A stretch of 43,503 bases of DNA, from positions 70,979 through 114,481 of the forward strand of contig CAZWAV010000001.1 in assembly GCA_964631935.1 (NCBI GenBank), in the 5' to 3' direction. The notes beneath the pieces were generated by a model. It did not search any database, had not been told where the DNA came from, and was given only the letters and a program-made list of their open reading frames with translations. This stretch comes from an uncultured Candidatus Saccharibacteria bacterium (GTDB taxonomy: Bacteria; Patescibacteriota; Minisyncoccia; Phycocordibacterales; UBA9973). Numbering within the stretch: position 1 is the stretch's first letter; each line of letters starts with the position of its first letter. Shown here piece by piece: positions 8,507 to 16,903 of this stretch. The position numbers were made by a program, and so were the translations under genes.

Positions 8507-8992
8507 ATGGAAAACATATTTGATCAGGGTACGCTTGATATAGTATTACCACTTTTTATAGCATTAATCTTGGGTATGATTATTGGCACAGAGAGAGTCT
8601 GGGCTCACAAGACAGCTGGCATGCGAACATATGCTCTTGTATCTATGGGTTCTGCGCTTTTCGTTCTCGTGTCTAGTGAGATGGTTAAACAATACGCAGG
8701 ATTCTCTGGTATGAATCCGTTGCATATAGTTGCTCAGATAATAGTGGGTGTTGGATTTATCGGAACAGGATTAATATTTACTAAAGATAATAAGTTGATG
8801 GGTCTTACTACTGCTACTGGCTTGTGGGTCTCTGCAGGTATCGGTATGGCTTGTGGATTTGGATTGTATAAAATTGCGATTGTAGCAACTCTCCTTACTC
8901 TATTTATATTTATTGTATTATGGTTCCTAGAAGAGCAACTAAAAGAAACTAAATTTTTTAAAGATTCCCATCCTGAAGATTTTGGTAAATAA
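8507..8992 (+). CDS. MgtC/SapB family membrane protein
   Basis: LILGMIIGTERVWAHKTAGMRTYALVSMGSALF matches the MgtC N-terminal signature (G.ER....K.AG.RT..LV..G.A). About four to five hydrophobic helices. Confidence 0.8.
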   Translation: MENIFDQGTLDIVLPLFIALILGMIIGTERVWAHKTAGMRTYALVSMGSALFVLVSSEMVKQYAGFSGMNPLHIVAQIIVGVGFIGTGLIFTKDNKLMGLTTATGLWVSAGIGMACGFGLYKIAIVATLLTLFIFIVLWFLEEQLKETKFFKDSHPEDFGK

Positions 8993-9024
8993 GAAAAGCC
9001 CCGATTGACGGGGCTTTTCTGTTT
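8993..9024 (+). terminator. Rho-independent terminator
   Basis: gaaaagcccc / gattgac / ggggcttttc: 10-bp stem followed by a T-rich tail. Confidence 0.8.
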
Positions 9025-9050
9025 AGTCTTTTTGGTATAGTATAAGGAAT

Positions 9051-10697
9051 ATGCAATCAGATGAAGTTCGCAGTAGATTCCTCAAATTTTTTGAATCGAA
9101 AGGTCACAAGATTTTACCATCATCTTCTTTAATTCCAGAAGGTGATATTTCTGTATTATTCACAACAGCGGGAATGCAGCAGTTTAAACCCTACTATGGA
9201 GCACCAGAAAATGCTATACGAGATTTTGGAAATAAAAATATAGTCACAGTGCAGAAATGTGTCCGTACTGGAGATATAGATGAAGTTGGGGATGATACAC
9301 ATCTATCATTCTTTGAAATGCTAGGAAACTTTTCTTTTGGTGGTTATGGACGCAAAGAAGCCATATCTTATGCTCATGAATTTATAACCAAAGAACTAGG
9401 ACTACCTATTTCATATGTGACTATATATAAAGGTGAGGGTATTGTTCCCAAAGATGAGGAATCAAGAAAAATTTGGGCAGAGATTGATTCGAATCTAGAT
9501 ATCCGTGAAGATGGTAAAGATGTTTTCTGGGGTCCGACGGGTGACTCTGGTCCTTGTGGTCCGACCACAGAGATATATTGCAAAAATGCTAATGGCGAAG
9601 ACGTGGAAATTTGGAATATAGTTTTCAATGAATATTTCTGTGATGGTTCAAGAGAAAATTTAGACAAAGGACAGGCTTCGCTTACAAAATTAGAAACATT
9701 GGGAATTGATACGGGTATGGGATTTGAGAGATTGCTTGCGACAGTACAGAATAAAAAAAGTGTATACGGAACTGATCTTTTTAATAGTGAGGATACTAAA
9801 GAAGAACGTATTGTTGCCGACCATGTAAAGACAGCACTCTTTATGATCTCTGATGGACTAACTCCATCAAACACAGGCAGAGGTTATGTACTTCGTAGGT
9901 TAATAAGACGAGCTGTGAGATTCTCAAAAGACTCGCTTTCAAAAGAAATCGAAAAAATAAAAAAGATTTATAATGGTGTATACAACCTTGATGATAAAGG
10001 AGAAATAGAAAAAGAAGAAAATAAATTTAGGATTACTCTCGATAATGGTCTAAAAGAATTTGAAAAAGGAGTTGATCCATTTATATTGGCTACTACATAT
10101 GGTTTTCCGATAGAACTTACTGAAGAATTAGCAAAAGAAAAGGGAATTGTAATAGATAGAGAAGAATTTGATAAAAAAATGGCTGAGCACCAGAAACTTT
10201 CACAGACCGCTTCAGCAGGAATGTTCAAAGGTGGTCTTGCGAATCATAATGAGCAGACTATCAAGCTACATACTGCACATCACCTACTTCTTGCTGGACT
10301 CCAAGCGATAGTTTCTCCTGGTATTAAACAACGGGGAAGTAATATCACAGAAGAGCGATTGCGTATAGATTTCCTCTGTGATCACAAGCTCACCGATGAA
10401 GAGAAGAAGGGTGTTGAGGATTGGGTAAATGACAAAATATCACAAGAGCTTGATATGGTTCGCAAAGAAATGCCGCTTTCTGAAGCAGAAAAGATTGGTG
10501 CCGAAATGGAGTTCGGGGCAAAGTATCCAGAGACTGTCTCTGTGTATATGATTGAAGATAAAAATGGTAATGCTATATCAAAAGAATTTTGTGGTGGGCC
10601 ACATGTATCAAATACAAGTGAACTTGGTCACTTCAAAATACAGAAAGAAGAAGCTGTTGCCCAAGGCATACGTCGTATTAAAGCAATACTAGAATAA
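9051..10697 (+). CDS. alaS: Alanine--tRNA ligase, short form (catalytic, reduced tRNA-recognition and editing domains; no C-Ala domain)
   Basis: FLKFFESKGHKILPSSSL, FTTAGMQQFKP, FFEMLGNFSFGGY, GMGFERL, editing-site HTAHHLL and CGGPHV. The protein ends at GIRRIKAILE, only 548 aa. Confidence 0.9.
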   Translation: MQSDEVRSRFLKFFESKGHKILPSSSLIPEGDISVLFTTAGMQQFKPYYGAPENAIRDFGNKNIVTVQKCVRTGDIDEVGDDTHLSFFEMLGNFSFGGYGRKEAISYAHEFITKELGLPISYVTIYKGEGIVPKDEESRKIWAEIDSNLDIREDGKDVFWGPTGDSGPCGPTTEIYCKNANGEDVEIWNIVFNEYFCDGSRENLDKGQASLTKLETLGIDTGMGFERLLATVQNKKSVYGTDLFNSEDTKEERIVADHVKTALFMISDGLTPSNTGRGYVLRRLIRRAVRFSKDSLSKEIEKIKKIYNGVYNLDDKGEIEKEENKFRITLDNGLKEFEKGVDPFILATTYGFPIELTEELAKEKGIVIDREEFDKKMAEHQKLSQTASAGMFKGGLANHNEQTIKLHTAHHLLLAGLQAIVSPGIKQRGSNITEERLRIDFLCDHKLTDEEKKGVEDWVNDKISQELDMVRKEMPLSEAEKIGAEMEFGAKYPETVSVYMIEDKNGNAISKEFCGGPHVSNTSELGHFKIQKEEAVAQGIRRIKAILE

Positions 10698-10698
10698 T

Positions 10699-11244
10699 AT
10701 GAAGCCTTTCTCAAAAGACATAGTTATTGTGGATTTTGAAGTCACTGATTTTGATTTTGTAAAAGGTGAACCAGTACAGATTGGTGTCCTTGTCTTAGAT
10801 AAAGATACACTAGAGGAAAAGGGGAGTTTCGTTTCGTGGATTAAAGTAGATCAAGAATTACATACCGACCTCCCGGGCCTAAAATGGGCAACTATATCAT
10901 GCTCAGATATTGAAGAGATAAAGAAAGCACCTAGTCTATCAGAAGTTGCAAGTGAGATTGTAAAAATACTTCCAGAGACGTATTCACTCTGTGCTTGGAA
11001 TGCTAATTTTGATTTCAATTTTTGGAAGAAGTTATTAGCGACAGTAGATAAAAATATAAGATCAACTGGTATCATAGACCTCTGGACTCTTGCCTATATA
11101 AAATTATTAAAAGATCCAAATTATAACGGAGATTTTAAATCTGAATCCGTCTTCCAATATTTCGGAGCAGAACCTCGTCTAAAGCATGATGCTCTAGGAG
11201 ATTGCAAAATAGAAGCCATGGTTTTCAAAAATTTGATAAAATAG
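10699..11244 (+). CDS. DEDDh-type 3'-5' exonuclease (DnaQ/epsilon-like fold)
   Basis: Exo I-like IVIVDFEVT, Exo II-like AWNANFDFNF, Exo III-like HDALGDCK. The start is 1 nt after the alaS stop. Confidence 0.65.
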   Translation: MKPFSKDIVIVDFEVTDFDFVKGEPVQIGVLVLDKDTLEEKGSFVSWIKVDQELHTDLPGLKWATISCSDIEEIKKAPSLSEVASEIVKILPETYSLCAWNANFDFNFWKKLLATVDKNIRSTGIIDLWTLAYIKLLKDPNYNGDFKSESVFQYFGAEPRLKHDALGDCKIEAMVFKNLIK

Positions 11245-11284
11245 TTTTGTTATAACAATTCATATAGTATAATATAAGTATTAT

Positions 11285-12463
11285 ATGGCATTATTTTCAT
11301 CATCAAAGAAAGAAAGAATTGTGGCTATTTTCGACATAGGCTCTGGTAGTGTGGGTGGAGCCATTACTCGTATTCCAAGCGATGTAAAAGATATACCAAC
11401 TATTATAAAATCTGCCCGTACTGAAGTACCTGTTCGTGATGAACTCAAGTTTGATGTTCTGCTTGAAGACATGCTTGTGGCCCTCAACGCTACAGCTACA
11501 TCGCTATATGAAGGTAAGGTTGGTGCTCCAGATGAGATTGTGTGCGTATTAGCATCCCCATGGTATGTCTCTGAGACTCGTATAATAAAGATTGATAGAG
11601 ATCACTCATTTGTATTTACCAAAAAGATAGCTGATGAAGCATTACAGAAAGAAATATCTGCCCTCAAATCTGTATACGATAATAAATACGCTAATACCAA
11701 AAGTGTCCCTGAGGTAATAGAGAACCATGTTATGGGTGTTTCTCTTAATGGCTATCTTGTAGATGAACCAATCGGCAAGAAAAGTAAATCTATAGAAATG
11801 CATATGGTCATTTCTCTTTCACCAAAAGTATGCCTAGATAAGATACGCAAAACTCTCTCAAACACCTTTCATCATATGCCGGTATCATTCTCTTCGTTTG
11901 TGATGTCTTCTTACTTAGCTGTTCGTGATAAGTATGTAGTTCCTGAGTCTTATTTATTGCTCGATATCGGTGGAGAGGTAACAGATGTGGCTATTATAAA
12001 TAGAGGAGTATTAAAAGCCTCACTATCATTTCCTTTTGGAAAAAACACATTCTTTAAATATATTTATACAAAGATGGAGATCGAGCTACGTGACGCTAAA
12101 GAACTCTTCAATCTGTTTACCACTGATGCTCTAGCAGTTAAGAGAAAACAAAAAGCTGAGCTCCTATTTAAATCAATCGAGAATTCATGGGGTGAAGCAT
12201 TCCGTGCGTGCATTGGTACATTGCCACACACGCTTAATCTACCCAATACAATATTTGTCACAGCCGATGCCGACATAAGAGGGTGGTTTGTGAATGTTGT
12301 CCGCAATGAACCATATATACAGTCGATGGTTGCTGACCACAAGGCTACGGTTATAACTCTAGAAGGCCCAGAATTTCTCACAATGTGTAGTGTGAAAGAT
12401 GGTACATGTGACCCATTCCTCATGGTTGAAGCGATAGGATTTATGAGAAAATTAAGAAAATAA
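11285..12463 (+). CDS. Actin-fold (ASKHA) ATPase, FtsA/PilM-like
   Basis: Phosphate-1 like IVAIFDIGSGSVGGAI and phosphate-2 like LLLDIGGEVTDVAII at the spacing expected for FtsA/PilM/MreB-type proteins. I could not see a clear FtsA C-terminal amphipathic helix. Confidence 0.6.
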   Translation: MALFSSSKKERIVAIFDIGSGSVGGAITRIPSDVKDIPTIIKSARTEVPVRDELKFDVLLEDMLVALNATATSLYEGKVGAPDEIVCVLASPWYVSETRIIKIDRDHSFVFTKKIADEALQKEISALKSVYDNKYANTKSVPEVIENHVMGVSLNGYLVDEPIGKKSKSIEMHMVISLSPKVCLDKIRKTLSNTFHHMPVSFSSFVMSSYLAVRDKYVVPESYLLLDIGGEVTDVAIINRGVLKASLSFPFGKNTFFKYIYTKMEIELRDAKELFNLFTTDALAVKRKQKAELLFKSIENSWGEAFRACIGTLPHTLNLPNTIFVTADADIRGWFVNVVRNEPYIQSMVADHKATVITLEGPEFLTMCSVKDGTCDPFLMVEAIGFMRKLRK

Positions 12464-12465
12464 TT

Positions 12466-13890
12466 ATGGCAAAAAAAGTAATGGAAGACATGAAATCAAA
12501 AGGTGTGAGGATTACAAAGATTTTAAAGAAAGATGTAGATCCGACATTTAAAGAAAAGCCGGCACAAAAACCGGAGAAAGTTGTAGTAAAAGAGGAAGAA
12601 GAAATTATTGTTCCTAAAAGCATGATTCCAGAAAGACCCAAACCAGAATCGGGAAATGAAAATCACTTAGAGACAAGGGTATATGTAAACCAGCAAGAAA
12701 TGGCTAAAAGAATGTACTCTAGTCCTAGAACTAAAAGCAAGTCTGGTTTAATCAAAAAGCCAATATTGATAATGCTACTTGCTTCAATTTTTATTGGTGG
12801 AGTTTATTTCATCTGTGATAAATTCCAGAATGCAAAAATTTCCGTTATTGCTAAACAGCAATCATTCAACCTTGATCACGCATCATTTAGTGCGTCTACT
12901 TCATCAGAAGCACCTGTGCACTTTGAATTAATGATAGTTTCCAATGAAGAGTATAAAGATTTCAATCTCAGTAATCCACAAAATGTATCCATAAAAGCTC
13001 ACGGAGAAGTGACTCTATATAACGAGAACTCTACGAAGCCCCAAAAGTTATTAATCCACACATTCCTTGCCGACGAAAAAGGTAAAACTTATCAGACAGA
13101 TCAAGCTGTGACGATACCAGGGTACACACTCGACGCATCTAAGAAAATTATCCCAGGTAAAATAGACATTGGTATTACCGCATTTCTTGCTGGAGATTCA
13201 TATAATGGTACACCAAAGACTTTAACCATTACTGGATTCAAAGGTACAGCAAAAGCTAAGACTGTATATGCTAAATTAAAGACACCGCTTACTGGCGGAG
13301 CTCAAGGTACAGCTTATACTCTAAGTCCTACAGATAAAGGTACTGTTACGGCCTTTGCGCAGTCTACATTTAAAAGCAATCTCATGAATAAAGTGAATGC
13401 CGAGGTACCAGCAGGGTACATATTGTATCCAAGTGCTATGAATTTTACCTATAACACAGAGCAGGATGTTCTATCTCCGACACCAAATGCAAAAGTTAAA
13501 GTCAGTGGTACCATTTCTTCAATAATCCTGGATAAAAAAGATCTATCAAAAGCATTAGTGAAGAGTTTGTTACCAAGTATTACAGCAAAAGAATTAGAAG
13601 AAGTTAGTATCCCCGATATATCAAAACTAACATTTAATTTCAAAAATTCCGGCCAATTAATAAGTAAAGATTTAAAACAAGTTGATTTTAATTTAACTGG
13701 TCCCATCAATGCTATCTGGGCACCAGATGTTGCGACACTACAGACAAGTATCTTGGGGGTTAAGAAAGCTGATCTCATACAAATATTTAAAACTGACCCA
13801 GGAATTACTTCTGCGACAGCTCGTATTTTCCCACCATGGCAGGGAACTGTGCCTATGAATGAGAATAAGATACATATAGAAGTGAAGTAA
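12466..13890 (+). CDS. Bitopic membrane protein: Lys/Glu-rich cytoplasmic N-terminus, one TM helix, ~350-aa extracytoplasmic beta-rich domain (function unknown)
   Basis: Start is 2 nt after the upstream stop. Only hydrophobic segment is ILIMLLASIFIGGVYFI. The external domain (GEVTLYNENSTKPQKLLIHTFLADEKGKTYQTDQAVTIPG...) loosely recalls baseplate-J-like domains; this is unverified. Confidence 0.6.
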   Translation: MAKKVMEDMKSKGVRITKILKKDVDPTFKEKPAQKPEKVVVKEEEEIIVPKSMIPERPKPESGNENHLETRVYVNQQEMAKRMYSSPRTKSKSGLIKKPILIMLLASIFIGGVYFICDKFQNAKISVIAKQQSFNLDHASFSASTSSEAPVHFELMIVSNEEYKDFNLSNPQNVSIKAHGEVTLYNENSTKPQKLLIHTFLADEKGKTYQTDQAVTIPGYTLDASKKIIPGKIDIGITAFLAGDSYNGTPKTLTITGFKGTAKAKTVYAKLKTPLTGGAQGTAYTLSPTDKGTVTAFAQSTFKSNLMNKVNAEVPAGYILYPSAMNFTYNTEQDVLSPTPNAKVKVSGTISSIILDKKDLSKALVKSLLPSITAKELEEVSIPDISKLTFNFKNSGQLISKDLKQVDFNLTGPINAIWAPDVATLQTSILGVKKADLIQIFKTDPGITSATARIFPPWQGTVPMNENKIHIEVK

Positions 13891-13903
13891 CTAGGTAGAA
13901 GAG

Positions 13904-13939
13904 ATATAATACACTACTTTGACAAGTAGTGTATTATAT
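13904..13939 (+). terminator. Perfect 16-bp hairpin after the two-gene operon (terminator-like, weak T tail)
   Basis: atataatacactactt / tgac / aagtagtgtattatat. Confidence 0.5.
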
Positions 13940-14045
13940 GTTATAAAGACACAAATTTGTGGATACTCTCATTTTGGTATTTAAGCATTTTTGATATCAA
14001 TATGAGGGTATCGATATTGGTGCTCTTTAAAATAAATTTACTAAC

Positions 14046-14750
14046 ATGAAAAAATTATTTTTTATATCAGTTGCATTAGTTGTAACTGGTTTAAGTTCAT
14101 TCAGTTGCAAGAAAAGCAAAGCTGAAGATCTGCTACAGATAGCAACGCCTACAGTGGAATCTACTAGTAACGGTGCCACATTTTTAAAATCCGCATGGGT
14201 TACTGAATTTATGGTAAGGACCTGGATCGGCTCCGATGGCATGACTCCAACAAAGGCGGAATATCAACTGGGTGTAAGTATCCCTGCTGACTCGTTTGAC
14301 CTGTACATCCCTCAAAGCATTAAATTCATTCCTGGTGCAACAGGTGGCAACAGTACAGCAATTCCTTACACCAAACTTTCGGCTGGAGCATATACCGGTA
14401 TGATCAACTTTGCTGTGTTGGATTCATCTGGTAATTATCTCGATGCTGCATCAGGTTTGAATGCTGCAGGAAATGGCAGACTTGGTACAGAAGGTGTAAA
14501 TATTACTTATCAAATGACATTTTCACCAAATGTAATTGTTGATCAATCAGGAATGGTAAAGATACCGAAAGGTACCATCGGCCGTGTTGATATCACAATT
14601 TTTATTACTGAGCCCGGTACAAATGAGGTGAAAGGTAAATACCAAATCGGAGTACTTTCAATTAATGCTTCAAAAACACCCGTTGCAAGTAAAATAACAG
14701 CGTGGCCTAATTTATTTAAGACCCAGCTGCAAAACCCTGCCTTTAATTAA
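14046..14750 (+). CDS. Probable lipoprotein or secreted protein of unknown function
   Basis: MKKLFFISVALVVTGLSSFSC has a signal peptide with Cys at position 21 (lipobox-like). I recognised no family. Codon usage differs from neighbours (several CTG Leu codons and one AGG Arg codon). Confidence 0.65.
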   Translation: MKKLFFISVALVVTGLSSFSCKKSKAEDLLQIATPTVESTSNGATFLKSAWVTEFMVRTWIGSDGMTPTKAEYQLGVSIPADSFDLYIPQSIKFIPGATGGNSTAIPYTKLSAGAYTGMINFAVLDSSGNYLDAASGLNAAGNGRLGTEGVNITYQMTFSPNVIVDQSGMVKIPKGTIGRVDITIFITEPGTNEVKGKYQIGVLSINASKTPVASKITAWPNLFKTQLQNPAFN

Positions 14751-14779
14751 TTATTTCTTTTGCTGGTAATTCAAGCTAT

Positions 14780-14814
14780 AAACCTGTCTCCATGGTGAGG
14801 CAGGTTTTTTGTTT
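14780..14814 (+). terminator. Rho-independent terminator
   Basis: aaacctgtctc / catggt / gaggcaggttt (one G-U pair) followed by ttttttgttt. Confidence 0.8.
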
Positions 14815-14888
14815 GCTTTTTTAATTCATAGTGCATATACTCCCAAGCCAAAAAATAGTTAAAATATCCATATATTGGTTAAATAGAT

Positions 14889-14917
14889 TTGACCAAGAAC
14901 TATTTTCTTGGTATTAT
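14889..14917 (+). promoter_or_regulatory. Sigma70-like promoter for the infA/ribosomal cluster
   Basis: TTGACC, 17 nt, TATTAT. The spacer contains the 7-bp palindrome ccaagaa/ttcttgg. Confidence 0.5.
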
Positions 14918-14928
14918 ATAAACATTAA

Positions 14929-15144
14929 ATGAATCAAAAAGACGATACAAACACTGTTATAGGTACTGTTACTGAGGCGCTTCCTAATACATTATTTCGA
15001 GTAGATATAGGTAATGATAAAATCATTATTTCATATCTTGCCGGAAAGATGAGGATGCACCGCATAAAAGTGCTAGTAGGAGACAAGGTAGAAGTGCTTT
15101 TGGACCCTTACGGAGGTAAAGGCAGGATAATAAAAAGAAGCTAA
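14929..15144 (+). CDS. infA: Translation initiation factor IF-1
   Basis: GTVTEALPNTLFRVDIGNDKIIISYLAGKMRMHRIKVLVGDKVEVLLDPY is close to the IF-1 consensus. Confidence 0.95.
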   Translation: MNQKDDTNTVIGTVTEALPNTLFRVDIGNDKIIISYLAGKMRMHRIKVLVGDKVEVLLDPYGGKGRIIKRS

Positions 15145-15264
15145 GGCGTCTATCAGCATACTCCACTTGCGTTTTAAAGAAGGATAGTGTAGTATAGCCT
15201 GATATACGCATAAGTCGAAAATAGAGGGTGGAAGCCCTATATTTTTCTTTCGCGTTATAAATAT

Positions 15265-15375
15265 ATGAAGATAAAATCAGCCGTTAAAAAAATCTGTGCG
15301 AAATGCAAAATGATAAAGCGACAAGGTCATCTTCGCGTTATTTGTTCTAATCCTAAACATAAACAAAAACAATAA
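15265..15375 (+). CDS. rpmJ: 50S ribosomal protein L36
   Basis: 36-aa ORF below the ORF-track cut-off, translated by hand: [36 protein letters not shown] (C-x2-C...C-x-N-P-K-H-K-Q signature). It sits in the canonical position between infA and rpsM. Confidence 0.9.
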   Translation: MKIKSAVKKICAKCKMIKRQGHLRVICSNPKHKQKQ

Positions 15376-15381
15376 TTTTCT

Positions 15382-15762
15382 ATGAGAATACTCGGTATAA
15401 CTATCCCAAACAACAAGCATTTAGACATTGGCCTTACATCCCTCTATGGTATTGGTGTTTCCCGTGCTCGTGCAATCCTCAAGGAAGCCGGCATTGATCA
15501 CACTATCAAAGCAGATGCTCTATCTGTAGATGATGAAAATGCAATCCGTAAAGTTATAGAGACTATGTCAATCGAAGGAGCATTAAAGCGTGAAATCTCT
15601 GCAAACATAAAAAGACTGAAAGATATCAAATCATACCGAGGTGTCCGACATATGCGCCGTCTTCCTGTAAATGGTCAACGAACAAAGACAAACTCTCGTA
15701 CTGTCCGTGGTAACGTCCGTAAGACTATGGCATCAGGTCGCCGTAAAGAAAGTAAAACATAA
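15382..15762 (+). CDS. rpsM: 30S ribosomal protein S13
   Basis: MRILGITIPNNKHLDIGLTSLYGIGVSRARAIL...YRGVRHMRRLPVNGQRTKTNSRT. Confidence 0.95.
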   Translation: MRILGITIPNNKHLDIGLTSLYGIGVSRARAILKEAGIDHTIKADALSVDDENAIRKVIETMSIEGALKREISANIKRLKDIKSYRGVRHMRRLPVNGQRTKTNSRTVRGNVRKTMASGRRKESKT

Positions 15763-15767
15763 TTAAT

Positions 15768-16211
15768 ATGGGAAAAGTAAAAATCATAACTAAAGAAGAA
15801 GGTAAGCCTGAAGTAGAAGTTACAGCAGAAGCGCCAAAGTCAACTGTAAAAGTTCCTAAGAAGAAGGTTGTTTCTGGTACTTTGCACGTTGAAGCCACTT
15901 TCAATAATACAAAGGTGGTGCTATCTGATAAAGAAGGCAATACACTATTCTGGACTTCAGCAGGCTCACTCGGATTCAAAGGTGCAAAGAAAGGAACTCC
16001 ATTTGCTGCTTCAAAAGCGGGCTCTGTAATAGGAGAAAAAGCAAAAGCTCTTGGAATCAAAGAAGTTGATGTAAAGGTAAAAGGTGTCGGTAGTGGTCGT
16101 GAACCTACTATCCGCGCATTCATGGCTTACGATATAGAAATATCAGGAGTTCGTGATATGACACCGGTACCACACAATGGTCCAAAGCCAAAGAAGCCTC
16201 GCCGAGTATAA
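15768..16211 (+). CDS. rpsK: 30S ribosomal protein S11
   Basis: GTLHVEATFNNTKVVLSDKEGNTLFWTSAGSLGFKGAKKGTPFAA...TPVPHNGPKPKKPRRV. Confidence 0.95.
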   Translation: MGKVKIITKEEGKPEVEVTAEAPKSTVKVPKKKVVSGTLHVEATFNNTKVVLSDKEGNTLFWTSAGSLGFKGAKKGTPFAASKAGSVIGEKAKALGIKEVDVKVKGVGSGREPTIRAFMAYDIEISGVRDMTPVPHNGPKPKKPRRV

Positions 16212-16229
16212 TCAAAGTTTAAATATAAT

Positions 16230-16838
16230 ATGAAAACAGTTCAAAAATATAAAATTTGCAGACGTTTAGGACCAGGTGTGTTTGAAAAGTGTCAAACAGC
16301 TAAATTTGTCATGTCTGAAGCTCGCCATGCAAAGAGTTCAAAAGGCAAGCGCCCTAAAGCTCTTTCTGGTTATGCTACTCAATTCCTAGAAAAGCAGAAA
16401 GTTCGCTTTATGTATGGTATCAGTGAAAAGCAATTCCAGAATTATATTAATGAAGCGGTTGCCCACAAAGGTACCCCAGCTACAGAACACCTATTTGAAT
16501 TACTCGAGACTCGCCTAGATAACGTCGTATACAAATTCGGTCTTGCCCACACACGACGCCTTTCAAGACAGATGGTATCTCATGGGCACATCACAGTAAA
16601 CGGAAAGAAAACTACAGTTGCCTCACAGAGAGTAAAAGTAGGAGATGTTATTGCTGTCCGCCCTGGAAGTTCAAAGAGCGTTTTATTTGCTGACATGGCT
16701 AAGAAGATGAAGGAGTATACATTACCAAACTGGTTAACGTTCAATGTCGATACGCTATCCGGTGTTATGCAAGGTAAGCCAAAAAATGTCGAGGGTTATT
16801 TAGACCTCAACACAGTGCTTGAATTTTATAGTCGTTAA
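16230..16838 (+). CDS. rpsD: 30S ribosomal protein S4
   Basis: KICRRLG..., YGISEKQF, LETRLDNVVYKFGLAHTRRLSRQMVSHGHITVNGKK (S4 domain). Confidence 0.95.
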   Translation: MKTVQKYKICRRLGPGVFEKCQTAKFVMSEARHAKSSKGKRPKALSGYATQFLEKQKVRFMYGISEKQFQNYINEAVAHKGTPATEHLFELLETRLDNVVYKFGLAHTRRLSRQMVSHGHITVNGKKTTVASQRVKVGDVIAVRPGSSKSVLFADMAKKMKEYTLPNWLTFNVDTLSGVMQGKPKNVEGYLDLNTVLEFYSR

Positions 16839-16903
16839 TTGCGTTCGGTCGGGTTCGCTCTTAATAAATAATAACGAAAGCCTTAAAAACTTTCCAATAT
16901 CAT

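Noticed and set aside
9374-10228. Minus-strand ORFs 9374-9874 and 9968-10228.
   Set aside because: They are antisense to alaS, which has unambiguous class II synthetase and editing motifs.
15725-16123. 132-aa minus-strand ORF.
   Set aside because: It is antisense to rpsK (S11).
16842-16862. GC-rich patch (ttgcgttcggtcgggttcgctc) after rpsD, examined as a possible tRNA fragment or terminator.
   Set aside because: It has no acceptor, anticodon or T-arm geometry and no convincing complementary arms. It contains only a short direct gttcg repeat.
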